From Lachnospiraceae bacterium (GTDB lineage: Bacteria; Bacillota; Clostridia; Lachnospirales; Lachnospiraceae), in assembly GCA_021200695.1 (NCBI GenBank), contig JAJQGF010000336.1, positions 1-50,468 on the forward strand: a DNA stretch of 50,468 bases, in the 5' to 3' direction. Numbering within the stretch: the first letter of the stretch is position 1; each line of letters begins with the position of its first letter. Shown here piece after piece: positions 30,001-39,527 of the stretch. Position numbers and translations under genes: made by a program. The notes under the pieces were generated by a model. That model made no database searches. It was not told the DNA's origin and worked only from the letters and a program-made list of their open reading frames with translations.

Positions 30001-30975
30001 TCACATTTCAATTACTATCTTACCATTTACTTTGTGGTGATCCATATCAATCATCGCCTGAGTAATATCATCGAACTGATAACTTGCACCAATCTTGGGA
30101 GAGACTCCATATTTTCCAAAAAAATCAAAAATATTGGTCATAATCTCCTGATTTGGGAAATTACTATGAAATCCCGTCAGATATACCCCATTGGGAATTG
30201 CTTTTATCGGATCAAAATTATTTAATGCAAATACATTTCCTAATATACCCGTATGACACACAATACCACGTTCCTTTACGAGTAATAAGGAATTGCGAAC
30301 CGTCTTGGCACCTACAAGCTCCAACACTTTTGTCACAGGTTCTATTTTTCCTCTCAAGTCTCCATCATCTACAATGGCAATATCTGCATCCTCAATCAAA
30401 GATAATTTTTCCTCCCTGTGAGTCGTTGCGATAACCTTACAGCCAGCCGCTTTTGCTATCTGGATAGCCGCATATCCAAGAGCACAAGTTGCTCCACGAA
30501 CAAGGATGGTATCTTCTTTTCGCAAATCAAGGCTTTCAAAAAGGCTTCCCCATGCTGTAAAATATGTTTCCGGCACAGCAGCAATTTTCTTCCAATCCAA
30601 GTTACTCTCTATGGCAAATACATGATGTGCCGGAAGAAGTGCATACTCTGCGTACCCACCGTTAAAACTTCTTCCCATTCCACCCATAAGAGCCACAACC
30701 TTTTGACCAACCTTAAAATTAGTATCCGAAGGATCTGCAATCTCTCCTACACATTCGATTCCCGGAATGATTGGTTTCTGAATATAATCTGCCTCAATCT
30801 CATGGAGTCTTAAAATCTGCTCCGAATGATTGAGTCCAAATGCTTTTACTTTTACAAGCACCCAGCCAGACCGTACCTTTGGCACATCTGTCTCAGTAAT
30901 CACCACATCTTCTGCAACTGTAGGTTTTGTAAGAACCACTGCTCTCATCTTTTCTGGAATATAATTCTGCGACAT
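30001..30975 (-). CDS. MDR-superfamily (quinone-oxidoreductase-like) NAD(P)H oxidoreductase
   Basis: VKVKAFGLN, PGIECVG, GGYAEY, VRGAT.ALG, GKIVI. Confidence 0.9.
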   Translation of the reverse strand: MSQNYIPEKMRAVVLTKPTVAEDVVITETDVPKVRSGWVLVKVKAFGLNHSEQILRLHEIEADYIQKPIIPGIECVGEIADPSDTNFKVGQKVVALMGGMGRSFNGGYAEYALLPAHHVFAIESNLDWKKIAAVPETYFTAWGSLFESLDLRKEDTILVRGATCALGYAAIQIAKAAGCKVIATTHREEKLSLIEDADIAIVDDGDLRGKIEPVTKVLELVGAKTVRNSLLLVKERGIVCHTGILGNVFALNNFDPIKAIPNGVYLTGFHSNFPNQEIMTNIFDFFGKYGVSPKIGASYQFDDITQAMIDMDHHKVNGKIVIEM

Positions 30976-30996
30976 ATCAAGCTTCCTCCTTTACTA

Positions 30997-32046
30997 TCAA
31001 CCTACTTCTTTCCAACACTGCGGATCGGCATCATAAAAATCTCCTCTTGCACCGCTTGCAACCGCAGGGCATCCTCTGCACCATCCTTTTAATTCACATT
31101 TAGAACATTTCCTAAACTTGTCAAACTGTCTGTAATTTTCCACCTGATTTATCCACACATCAGCCAGACGTTCTTCATATACATTCGCAACCCGACTATT
31201 CTGAACTCGTCTGCAAGCAAACACTTCACCTTTTGGTGTTATGGTCATATGACAATTTCCGCAATTACATCCACCATAAATTATATCGGGATTAATATTT
31301 TCAGGAATCTTGAAGGTTCCCTTTTCATATTCGTATAAAGTCCACAGATGATCTTTTTTATTGAAATATGTCTGGCATCCAGCAGCTTTATACTCTTCAA
31401 ATTTCTTATCACAAATTGCGAGCAGATTTCTGTACTGTTTTGGTGACATATAATTCTCATTGCTCTCATCCGCCTTTTCCTGACTGGTCGGACAGTATCT
31501 TGAAAATGCATAGACATTTACACCTGCTTCTACTACTGCATCTATAATGCCCGGTATTTCATCAATATTTTTTCCAGAAACAGTAGTCATGATAACGGAT
31601 CGGATACCTGCATCATGAATGAGTTTTACATTCTCAAGTGTTGTTCTAAAAGAACCCGGCTTTCTGAACCAGTCATGAGTTTCTTCCAATCCATCAATGG
31701 ACATCTGATATTTCTGGCATCCGCATTCCTTTAATCGCTTGCAGACATCCGCTGTTAAATGAAATGGATTTCCCATCAATGTGAATGGATATCCTTTTTC
31801 TTTCATAAGCTTCATCAAATCCCAGAAATACGGATGAAGGATTGGATCACCACCTGTAATATAAAAGTAAGGAAGTCTGTTATAAGTCTCGCAGAAATCT
31901 TCGCAGTTTTTTACTACATCCAACATTTGCTCCCAAGTCATAGAATCTAATTGCTTGCAGTTGTTCTCTGCGAAAATATAACAATGTTTACATCTCTGGT
32001 CACAATCATCTGTAATATGCCACTGAAAAGAAAAATATGACTTCAT
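30997..32046 (-). CDS. Radical SAM/SPASM maturase of the ACGX system
   Basis: CDQRCKHC (CxxxCxxC), TGGDP, SPASM cysteines (GCNCG..C...G.V.AC...CSKC.....C.GC...DPQC); adjacent ACGX peptide. Confidence 0.92.
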   Translation of the reverse strand: MKSYFSFQWHITDDCDQRCKHCYIFAENNCKQLDSMTWEQMLDVVKNCEDFCETYNRLPYFYITGGDPILHPYFWDLMKLMKEKGYPFTLMGNPFHLTADVCKRLKECGCQKYQMSIDGLEETHDWFRKPGSFRTTLENVKLIHDAGIRSVIMTTVSGKNIDEIPGIIDAVVEAGVNVYAFSRYCPTSQEKADESNENYMSPKQYRNLLAICDKKFEEYKAAGCQTYFNKKDHLWTLYEYEKGTFKIPENINPDIIYGGCNCGNCHMTITPKGEVFACRRVQNSRVANVYEERLADVWINQVENYRQFDKFRKCSKCELKGWCRGCPAVASGARGDFYDADPQCWKEVG

Positions 32047-32247
32047 CGTGAAATCCTCCTTGTTTTGCGAAGCAATCTCCGAACCCTTTGATGAGGAGAG
32101 GATTTTACCTCCATTATTTTAAACCTGTCTGTTCAGTATAGTTCCCTATCTGTTCGACTTTCAAGCACATAGGGAAATACACTTGAAATTTGGATGTATT
32201 CCCCAGAGCAATATACTCTGGGGAGCATATCTGCATCCATTCATTTT

Positions 32248-32442
32248 TTACTGATTATCACCAGCGCCGCAAGCTGTTCCACATGCTGCCGGCTTTTCCT
32301 CCGGTGCGTCTCCTGCTCCGCATGCTGTTCCACATGCTGCCGGCTTTTCCTCTGGTGCGTCTCCTGCTCCGCATGCTGTTCCACATGCTGCCGGTGTCTC
32401 TATTTCCCGATTGTTCCATCCTGCTAATTTGTCAAGTCCCAT
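32248..32442 (-). CDS. ACGX-repeat RiPP precursor peptide (64 aa)
   Basis: MGLDKLAGWNNREIETP then 3x AACGTACGAGD separated by APEEKP; GGAGGA RBS; 51-bp DNA period (32267, 32318, 32369). Confidence 0.92.
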   Translation of the reverse strand: MGLDKLAGWNNREIETPAACGTACGAGDAPEEKPAACGTACGAGDAPEEKPAACGTACGAGDNQ

Positions 32443-32581
32443 TGCCATTTCCTCCATTTCTTTTGGGTATACTTTGCTATTCCTTGCTACAGCTACATTT
32501 TAAATGCCTTCCCCTTGTTTGTAAAATGAATATATGCTATAATCTATAACTAAATGGAATAGTTGGGAGTGAAAGCATTTT

Positions 32582-33502
32582 ATGAATATGAATCAACTAG
32601 AATGTTTTGTTAGCGTGGCATCAACACTTAACTTTATGCAAACTGCTGAAGAACTTGGTCTGACACAGCCAGCGGTATCAAAACAGATAAAATCCATGGA
32701 AGAAGAACTTGGAGCATCCCTATTTAACAGGACATCCAGATCCGTTGCTCTGACTCCCATTGGCCAGCAATTCCTGCCTGAAGCTAAAGACATGTTAAAA
32801 ATCTTTTATCACAGTAAGGACTGGATTAGTTCCTACTATACTGCAGAAAGAAATGCTCTTAAAATCGGATATTCTGATCCAAGTCAAATGCATCTCATTA
32901 GTAAAATAATGAAATCACTTGTAGATGATGGTATCGGAGAAAGACTAAATCCTGAACTAATCTGCGACCAGACTAACGCAAATTTGAGCAGATTAAGCAA
33001 GAACCAGTTAGATATTGTAATTGGGATGAAAGACGCCAGATTTGATGATAACAATATCGTCTTTCGGAAACTTGCAGATAATGGTTTTATATGCGTTGTA
33101 GCAAAATCGCATGAAATTGCGAAACCATTTATAAAAGATAAAGATATGACAAGAGAAATAACCACAGAAGAACTCTGGAGTTATCGTCAGATACTGAACA
33201 TTCCTCCATATTTATTAAAAAGCTTTTATTCTAGGGGATATCGAATCCTTCCAGTAAATGATGAGCTGGACAACATCATCTGTAGCAGCACACATGAAGC
33301 ATTGGGGTTTGCTTCTGCCGGACTTGGATACACGATGATTCCTGAGCATCATTTCGTAGATCACGATGAACTAATTGCACTAAGTTGGAAGGAATCATCT
33401 CATGCAGCTTTTGGAATTTACTACCATATCAATATGGATAAACATTCTGGAGCAGAGAAATTTGTTAAAGCATGTACAAACTATTATTCATTAAATATAT
33501 AA
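32582..33502 (+). CDS. LysR-family regulator, divergent from the ACGX operon
   Basis: NFMQTAEELGLTQPAVSKQIKSMEEELG. Confidence 0.95.
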   Translation: MNMNQLECFVSVASTLNFMQTAEELGLTQPAVSKQIKSMEEELGASLFNRTSRSVALTPIGQQFLPEAKDMLKIFYHSKDWISSYYTAERNALKIGYSDPSQMHLISKIMKSLVDDGIGERLNPELICDQTNANLSRLSKNQLDIVIGMKDARFDDNNIVFRKLADNGFICVVAKSHEIAKPFIKDKDMTREITTEELWSYRQILNIPPYLLKSFYSRGYRILPVNDELDNIICSSTHEALGFASAGLGYTMIPEHHFVDHDELIALSWKESSHAAFGIYYHINMDKHSGAEKFVKACTNYYSLNI

Positions 33503-33720
33503 CATGTTCCATAGGCAAAACGAAAGGAATTTTTCTCTCATTTCTTCAACATCAGCAGCTTCTTTTCGCTCCGTCACAATGTCACATTAGCAAACAGGAA
33601 TTCAATCACATATATAAAATTCAAACATAACTCTCTCTTCCCTTTCCACACAAAAATACAATTTATCAAAAAGATTGCTTTGTCCCTATAAACTACGATT
33701 TATTACAATTGCGTTCCATT

Positions 33721-33942
33721 TTATCCTATTAATTCGTTATATAAATATAAGCACGCTTCGTCTTCGGTATCAAAAAATAGATTCGTTGTTTTACTACCTC
33801 TTTCAATATAAAAGACATTCCATTTGCCGTCAACAAATTTCATACAAAATCTTTCATCCTTGCGTCCTGTTTCTTCAAAATTATATAAATCTTTTGGAAT
33901 GCCACATTTAACAAGAATATTTTTTAGTTCTTTTAAATTCAT
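33721..33942 (-). CDS. Small protein resembling polymorphic-toxin immunity proteins (TNT-associated type)
   Basis: W.VFY.ERG......F.TE.EAC.Y pattern. Confidence 0.55.
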   Translation of the reverse strand: MNLKELKNILVKCGIPKDLYNFEETGRKDERFCMKFVDGKWNVFYIERGSKTTNLFFDTEDEACLYLYNELIG

Positions 33943-34136
33943 ATTAAATCCAACACTTCCTTAAATTCTGTATCATTTAATAATTTAACCCAGCGCCCAT
34001 AATGTATTTCTTCAAATCCAGCCTTAATCAATGTATCTTGATCAGGACTTTCAACATAGTAAAGTGCAGGAACTTCTTTTCCCATTACTCGTTCATATCC
34101 TGTGTTACACACCACACCTTTATATTTAATTCTCAT
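33939..34136 (-). CDS. Small hypothetical protein
   Basis: 65 aa, GGAG RBS, ATGA-coupled to the next ORF. Confidence 0.6.
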   Translation of the reverse strand: MRIKYKGVVCNTGYERVMGKEVPALYYVESPDQDTLIKAGFEEIHYGRWVKLLNDTEFKEVLDLI

Positions 34137-34165
34137 GTTTTATTGCTCCCCTGTAACTTCCAACT

Positions 34166-34702
34166 TTAGAACAAACCATCATGTACTAAACTCATATCTA
34201 AGTCTTTTTCCGTATAAGGTGCTTTCATCTCGGCTTTTTCACCAATTGCGACAAGATTTAACACTGTATATCCTCTTGGTACTTTCAGCAAACTTCTGAT
34301 TTCCTCATCCGAAGTTTTGCGATTACCGGTACGATTTCGGATATGCACCCAACATGCTCCAAGACCATACTGCTCCGCAGCAAGAAGAATATAGGTTGAT
34401 GCAATTGCACCATCTTCAATCCAAAATTCACTCTGTCTCTTATCAGCAGTTTTTACCATAGTAACTACAACCGTATCTGCTCCGTTTATCTGCGAACCAC
34501 CCAGACTTTTGCATTCTCCTACCAGCCTAATCATCTCCGGTTCTCTGATAACTACAAACTCGACCGCCTTATGTCCAAAAGATGTTGGTGCAGTAAGGGC
34601 TACTTTCATGATTTCTTCAATCACAGCATCATCAACCTTTGTATTTTTATACCTGCGAACGGAACGTCTTCTTAATGTAAGTTCTAATAATCTATTATCC
34701 AT
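34166..34702 (-). CDS. Nitroreductase family protein
   Basis: RRSVRRY, APT, LAAEQYGLGACWV. Confidence 0.92.
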   Translation of the reverse strand: MDNRLLELTLRRRSVRRYKNTKVDDAVIEEIMKVALTAPTSFGHKAVEFVVIREPEMIRLVGECKSLGGSQINGADTVVVTMVKTADKRQSEFWIEDGAIASTYILLAAEQYGLGACWVHIRNRTGNRKTSDEEIRSLLKVPRGYTVLNLVAIGEKAEMKAPYTEKDLDMSLVHDGLF

Positions 34703-34787
34703 GCCACTTCTCCAATTCTTAAGTTCGTTTAGAAAATAACTATATCCACTTCCTTTTGTATAACTCCTCTCGACAAACTTTAAGTTA

Positions 34788-35405
34788 TCAAGATAACCGT
34801 TCCATTGTCAATACCTTTTTGCAATAGGCATGTTCGCCGCATTTAGGACATGTTAATTTTCTTTTCGTTAATGTATGAACACTAAAAACGTATTCTTTTG
34901 TAGTTGGAACAAATCTATTGTTACAATTTGGGCATTCAAATGCCCCTGCTTGTATATCTAATATGACCGCTGCAGATATTCCAACAATAATTATCAACGC
35001 ACTGATAACTACCAATAATACTCTCAACCACATATCCATATTCAATAGTCCAGACAGCAGTATGAGAGTAACACCAGCCAATACTGATATGGCACATATC
35101 ATACATTCAACGATAATCTTTCTCTTATTTTCTTGAGTTTCACTAATCATATTCACCATATTTTTTTCCGCTTTTTGTTTATAATCTGCTTCTGACAGTC
35201 TTTCTCCGGATAACAATTCGTTTACATTAATGTCAAGTTCCCTACATAACGGCAGTAACAGAGAGATTTCCGGAAAGCCATTGCCGGTTTCCCATTTCGA
35301 GATAGTTTTGTCACTGATGCCGAGTAAGTCCGCAAGCTGTCTTTGCGTATAACCATGTTTCTTTCTCTCATCGGCAATAAACCGACCTGTTTTAATTTGA
35401 TCCAC
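34788..35405 (-). CDS. XRE HTH + 2 TM + Zn-ribbon regulator
   Basis: TQRQLA..LGISDKTISKWETG; CPNC and CPKCG. Confidence 0.9.
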   Translation of the reverse strand: MDQIKTGRFIADERKKHGYTQRQLADLLGISDKTISKWETGNGFPEISLLLPLCRELDINVNELLSGERLSEADYKQKAEKNMVNMISETQENKRKIIVECMICAISVLAGVTLILLSGLLNMDMWLRVLLVVISALIIIVGISAAVILDIQAGAFECPNCNNRFVPTTKEYVFSVHTLTKRKLTCPKCGEHAYCKKVLTMERLS

Positions 35406-35698
35406 TGGTTTTTCCTCCTTTTTGCCGTTATTATACTTTGAAGAACTGTTATTTCACACCCATGTGCCGTAGAATATGGTGAAAATATGCGGATTCTACG
35501 ATGCGCAGAGTGATAATTTTTAGCAAGCATCACTCGCTCCCTATAAATAAAAATTATAACAAAGAACTATGATATTCTCAATCAGAACATGTCTAAATTC
35601 CTCATCCGCATCCCGTTTCCACATCCATTTTTCTTTAGCTCCGGCAATAGAACAAAAAAACCGCAACCTCTGATTTTGGCATTCTGGAATTTCGTTTG

Positions 35699-37087
35699 TC
35701 ACTGGAATTTATTTTGGCATTCAAGCTCTTCCATCTCGTCATAGAGCTTGTCCAGACGCTCCTGCATATCTTCATACTTTTTATCGTAATGTTTGTCCGA
35801 CACCGATAAACTATCCATCTGACTTGCCAGCTTATTCTTGGCTCCTGTTACCTGCTTTAACTTCTCCTGCAAACCGGTATGTTCTCTGTCCAGTTCCTGT
35901 GTGTCAATACTGCTGCCGATGTGCTTTCTGATTTCTTCTTCAAACTTCGGATTCGTTACCAGCTTTCTGATAACCTCTTCTACCGCAGCATTAATCTTGT
36001 CCTCGCTCCACTGCTTACGATAAATACATTTATAACCATTCACAAAAACTCTGTGCTTGCAGGCATAGTAAAAATAATCTCTGTAATGACCACCGTCCGG
36101 ATGCTTTTTACGATTCACATTTCCATACATACCCGCTCCGCATATAGAACATTTGATAATACCGGATAAAATATGCTCATGATCCAGGCTGTGTGTTTTG
36201 ATATTTCCCATACCTGTTTCCTGCCTCTTTTTATGCACCTGATTCCAAAGTTCCTCAGAAACAATGGCTTCATGAATTCCATCATTTAACATATACTTTT
36301 CCTGTTGTACAATGTGATACTTATCTCCTGTTCCCGGAATCTTCTCATTTTTACGCCTGCCAAATGCCAGCTTTCCACAGTAAACCGGATTATCTAAAAC
36401 ACCTTTCACAAAAGAGGTTGAAAATCCTTCTATTGTGTTGTTCTGACGTAATTTCCTTTTATATCCGCTATTATTTAGAAATACAGCAATCGCCGCAATA
36501 CCCATAGTGGTATTTGCAAACTTCTCGTAGATTATGCGGATAACCTCCGCCTCATCCTCTGCAATCTGAAGTTCGCCGTTTACAAGTTTATATCCGTATG
36601 GCGCAAAACCACCATTCCACTTACCCTCTCTGGCTTTCTGTTTGCGACCTTCCATGGTCTGAACCAAAATGTTTTCACGCTCAATTTCCGCTACTGCAGA
36701 TAAAACAGAAATCATAAGTTTTCCAGCATCTTTAGAACTATCAATCCCATCTTCCACGCAGAAAAGATTAACACCAAAATCCTGCATTCTTTGAAGTAAC
36801 GATAACACATCCGCTGCGTTTCGACCAAATCGGGAAAGTTTGAATACAAGGACAAAATCGATATTATCTTTTCCCTCTTCAATGTCTTTTAACATCTGTT
36901 GAAACTGAAGTCTTCCCTCTACACTCATACCGGATTTACCTTCATCAGAATATTCTCCTGCGATAAACATCTCTTGGTAGTCGGCATATTTATGTAATTT
37001 ATCTTTTTGTGCATCTAAACTGTAACCATCGACCTGCATGGCGGTGGATACACGGGTGTAGATGTAGCATTTGAGTTGTTTTTACAT
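35699..37087 (-). pseudogene. Large serine recombinase pseudogene
   Basis: ATG TAA at codons 1-2 before KQLKCYIYTRVST, so the catalytic Ser lies upstream of the next ATG; C-terminus about 90 aa shorter than the paralog at 48610-50274. Confidence 0.88.
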
Positions 37088-37432
37088 TTATTAACACCTT
37101 CTTCTGATTCAACTGGATGTTTTCTTATTTTACCGATAATAAATCTAATAGGATTCACAATTGCCTTTTTTATGCACATATGTATAATTGAATACACAAT
37201 AAATATCGGAGGTTTTACAATGCAATTCCACACCCACACTATAGGTAAATTGGCATCTATCTTTACTGCAAAAATCAAAATTTTAAATGCCATTTTCTAT
37301 ATTTAAATTGATAATACTTCTTCCTGTACTCTGGTTTTGTAATATCATTTAAGATAAAAAACATTATATCTGGAACATCAACATGCTGTGTAGCTGTATT
37401 TAAACCAATCTCCTTTCTACTACAATATAGTT

Positions 37433-37665
37433 ATGGTTAATATCCCTTACAGCCAGTAAGGAATTATCCATCTTGTTGCTTAAGCTGTATAATGATGGAG
37501 CAATAGGTATATCGGCTTCCTTTCTTGGACTTCGCGTCCGTTTAAAAGACTGATAACCAGCTCCTCATTCGCAGCGTTCGTTTTATGCAGGTTGAATCGC
37601 CATAGGCGCATTCGTGTCACACCACAGTAGATTGAATAGGCAATGAGTAAAACTGGTACTTATCC
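37433..37665 (+). ncRNA. Predicted IS110 bridge RNA (ends approximate)
   Basis: 5' hairpins plus two internal loops whose segments match the target (TCCTTTCT) and donor (TGCAGG; AGTAG) junction sequences. Confidence 0.8.
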
Positions 37666-37695
37666 ATTGCAATAATCTTAAAGAGTGACAAATTT

Positions 37696-38904
37696 ATGAA
37701 CGCAGTAGGTATCGATGTTTCTAAAGGTAAAAGTATGGTTGCAATTGTGCGTCCTTTTGGAGAAATTGTTTCCACGCCTTTTGAAATCAAACACACAGCC
37801 AGTGGTATTAAATCCCTTGTAGATCTTATCAACTCTGTTGAAGGTGAATCCCGAATTGTAATGGAACATACTGGACGTTATTACGAAGTCCTTGCCCATC
37901 AGCTTCCGGAGGCAAACCTTTTCGTCAGTGCCATTAATCCGAAGCTGATTAAGGATTTTGATAATGATTCTCTTCGTAAAGTCAAATCCGACAAAGCTGA
38001 CACTGTTAAAATTGCCCGATATGCTCTTGACAAATGGCAAAATCTTAAACAGTATAGTGTTATGGATGAATTACGTAATCAGCTTAAAACCATGAACCGC
38101 CAATTTAGCTTTTACATGAAGCATAAGACGGCCATGAAGAATAATCTTATTGGCATCCTTGACCAAACCTATCCTGGGGTTAATGCCTACTTTGACAGTC
38201 CTGCTCGCAGTGATGGCAGCCAGAAATGGGTTGATTTTGTTTCTACATACTGGCATGTGGACTGTGTCCGTAAAATGTCTCAAAAGGCTTTCATAGCGCA
38301 TTATCAAAACTGGTGCAAACGTAAGAAGTACAACTTCAGCCAGTCAAAAGCTGAAGAAATCTATGGAAAAGCAAAGGAGCTTGTTCCTGTACTCCCTAAG
38401 GATGACATTACAAAGCTTATTATCAGGCAGGCTATTGACCAGCTTAACAGTGCCTCTGCAACCGTTGAGTCACTACGTACCCTTATGAACGAAACTGCGT
38501 CCAAACTTCCTGAATACACTGTCGTTATGGCAATGAAGGGTGTGGGTGGTTCCCTTGGTCCCCAATTAATGGCTGAGATTGGTGATGTGTCACGTTTTAC
38601 TCATAAAGGTGCAATTACTGCTTTTGCCGGTGTGGATCCAGGTGTTAATGAATCAGGAACCTACCAGCAAAAAAGTGTTTCAACCTCAAAACGTGGCTCC
38701 TCAGCCCTTAGAAAAACGTTATTTCAGGTAATGGATGCTTTGATTAAAACCAAACCACAGGACGATCCCGTATATCAGTTCTTAGACAAGAAACGTGCTC
38801 AAGGCAAACCTTATTATGTCTATATGACTGCAGGTGCTAACAAGTTTCTACGCATCTATTATGGCAGAGTGAAGGAATATCTTTCATCTCTTCCAGAAAC
38901 CTAA
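37696..38904 (+). CDS. IS110 DEDD recombinase/transposase
   Basis: GIDVSK, MEHTG, KSDKAD (DEDD); C-terminal AEIGDVSRF...FAGVDP...ESG. Confidence 0.97.
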   Translation: MNAVGIDVSKGKSMVAIVRPFGEIVSTPFEIKHTASGIKSLVDLINSVEGESRIVMEHTGRYYEVLAHQLPEANLFVSAINPKLIKDFDNDSLRKVKSDKADTVKIARYALDKWQNLKQYSVMDELRNQLKTMNRQFSFYMKHKTAMKNNLIGILDQTYPGVNAYFDSPARSDGSQKWVDFVSTYWHVDCVRKMSQKAFIAHYQNWCKRKKYNFSQSKAEEIYGKAKELVPVLPKDDITKLIIRQAIDQLNSASATVESLRTLMNETASKLPEYTVVMAMKGVGGSLGPQLMAEIGDVSRFTHKGAITAFAGVDPGVNESGTYQQKSVSTSKRGSSALRKTLFQVMDALIKTKPQDDPVYQFLDKKRAQGKPYYVYMTAGANKFLRIYYGRVKEYLSSLPET

Positions 38905-39527
38905 TAATTACCCACTATAATTTTCAGACCAGCACTGTTGTGGTGGTCTCATTTTGATACCTAATTTTCAACCTGTATAAAATTTTCAATGTTCTTCAAT
39001 TTAGCCTTGACTTTTTATTTGCAGGCTCATAATTTGATACATTTCGCCCCACAGAAATATTAACATATCCTTATCATAGTACTTAATCTTCTGCCAATTT
39101 TCATTAACAGCAAGTTCTCTGTACAAACAATAAGTTTTATGTAATTTTTTTAGAACCAAAAATAGCCAATGAAGAACCAACATTATAAAATTCTTTTTGA
39201 CTCATAGACTTGGCAATGTCTTTTTTATCTTTTACACCACTAAAAAGTTTTTCAAATAACCCAATCAATTTTAGGTACTTTGATTTTTTTGTTTCATATA
39301 TTTTCAATTCATTTTCTTTTTCCTTACTAAGAAAAAAGAGCAATAAAGTAACAGCAACTGATAACAACGCCGCATTTTCTGTCATCCACTGCACAATATC
39401 TTTTACTCCTTCTATATATTTATCCAACACTTTACACTTCCTTTTTGTCCCAACAAAATTATACTTTTATTCCAACTCGATTTTAAGTAAAAAATCAGCA
39501 GCTCAAATGACTGCCAATTTTTATAAC

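Larger units (their letters stand above)
37419..39027 (+). mobile_element. IS110-family insertion sequence, complete, CT core
   Basis: CT at 37417-18 and 39026-27 flanks the element; excision restores the host ORF; no long terminal inverted repeats; 277-bp non-coding left end. Confidence 0.92.
37015..39430 (-). pseudogene. Membrane-protein gene split by IS110
   Basis: Removing the IS joins ...GEMYQIM|RKEIGLNTATQHVDVPDIMFFILND... in frame; further 1-bp indels at about 39145-39151 and 37294-37297. Confidence 0.85.

Noticed and set aside
32267-32394. Tandem repeats as a possible CRISPR array
   Set aside because: No unique spacers, period is a multiple of 3, coding, and no cas genes
32190-32549. 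Plus-strand Cys-rich ORFs (CSTCCRLFL repeats) resembling a metallothionein or RiPP
   Set aside because: Antisense shadows of the 51-bp ACGX repeat; the minus-strand ORF has the RBS and is co-oriented with the maturase
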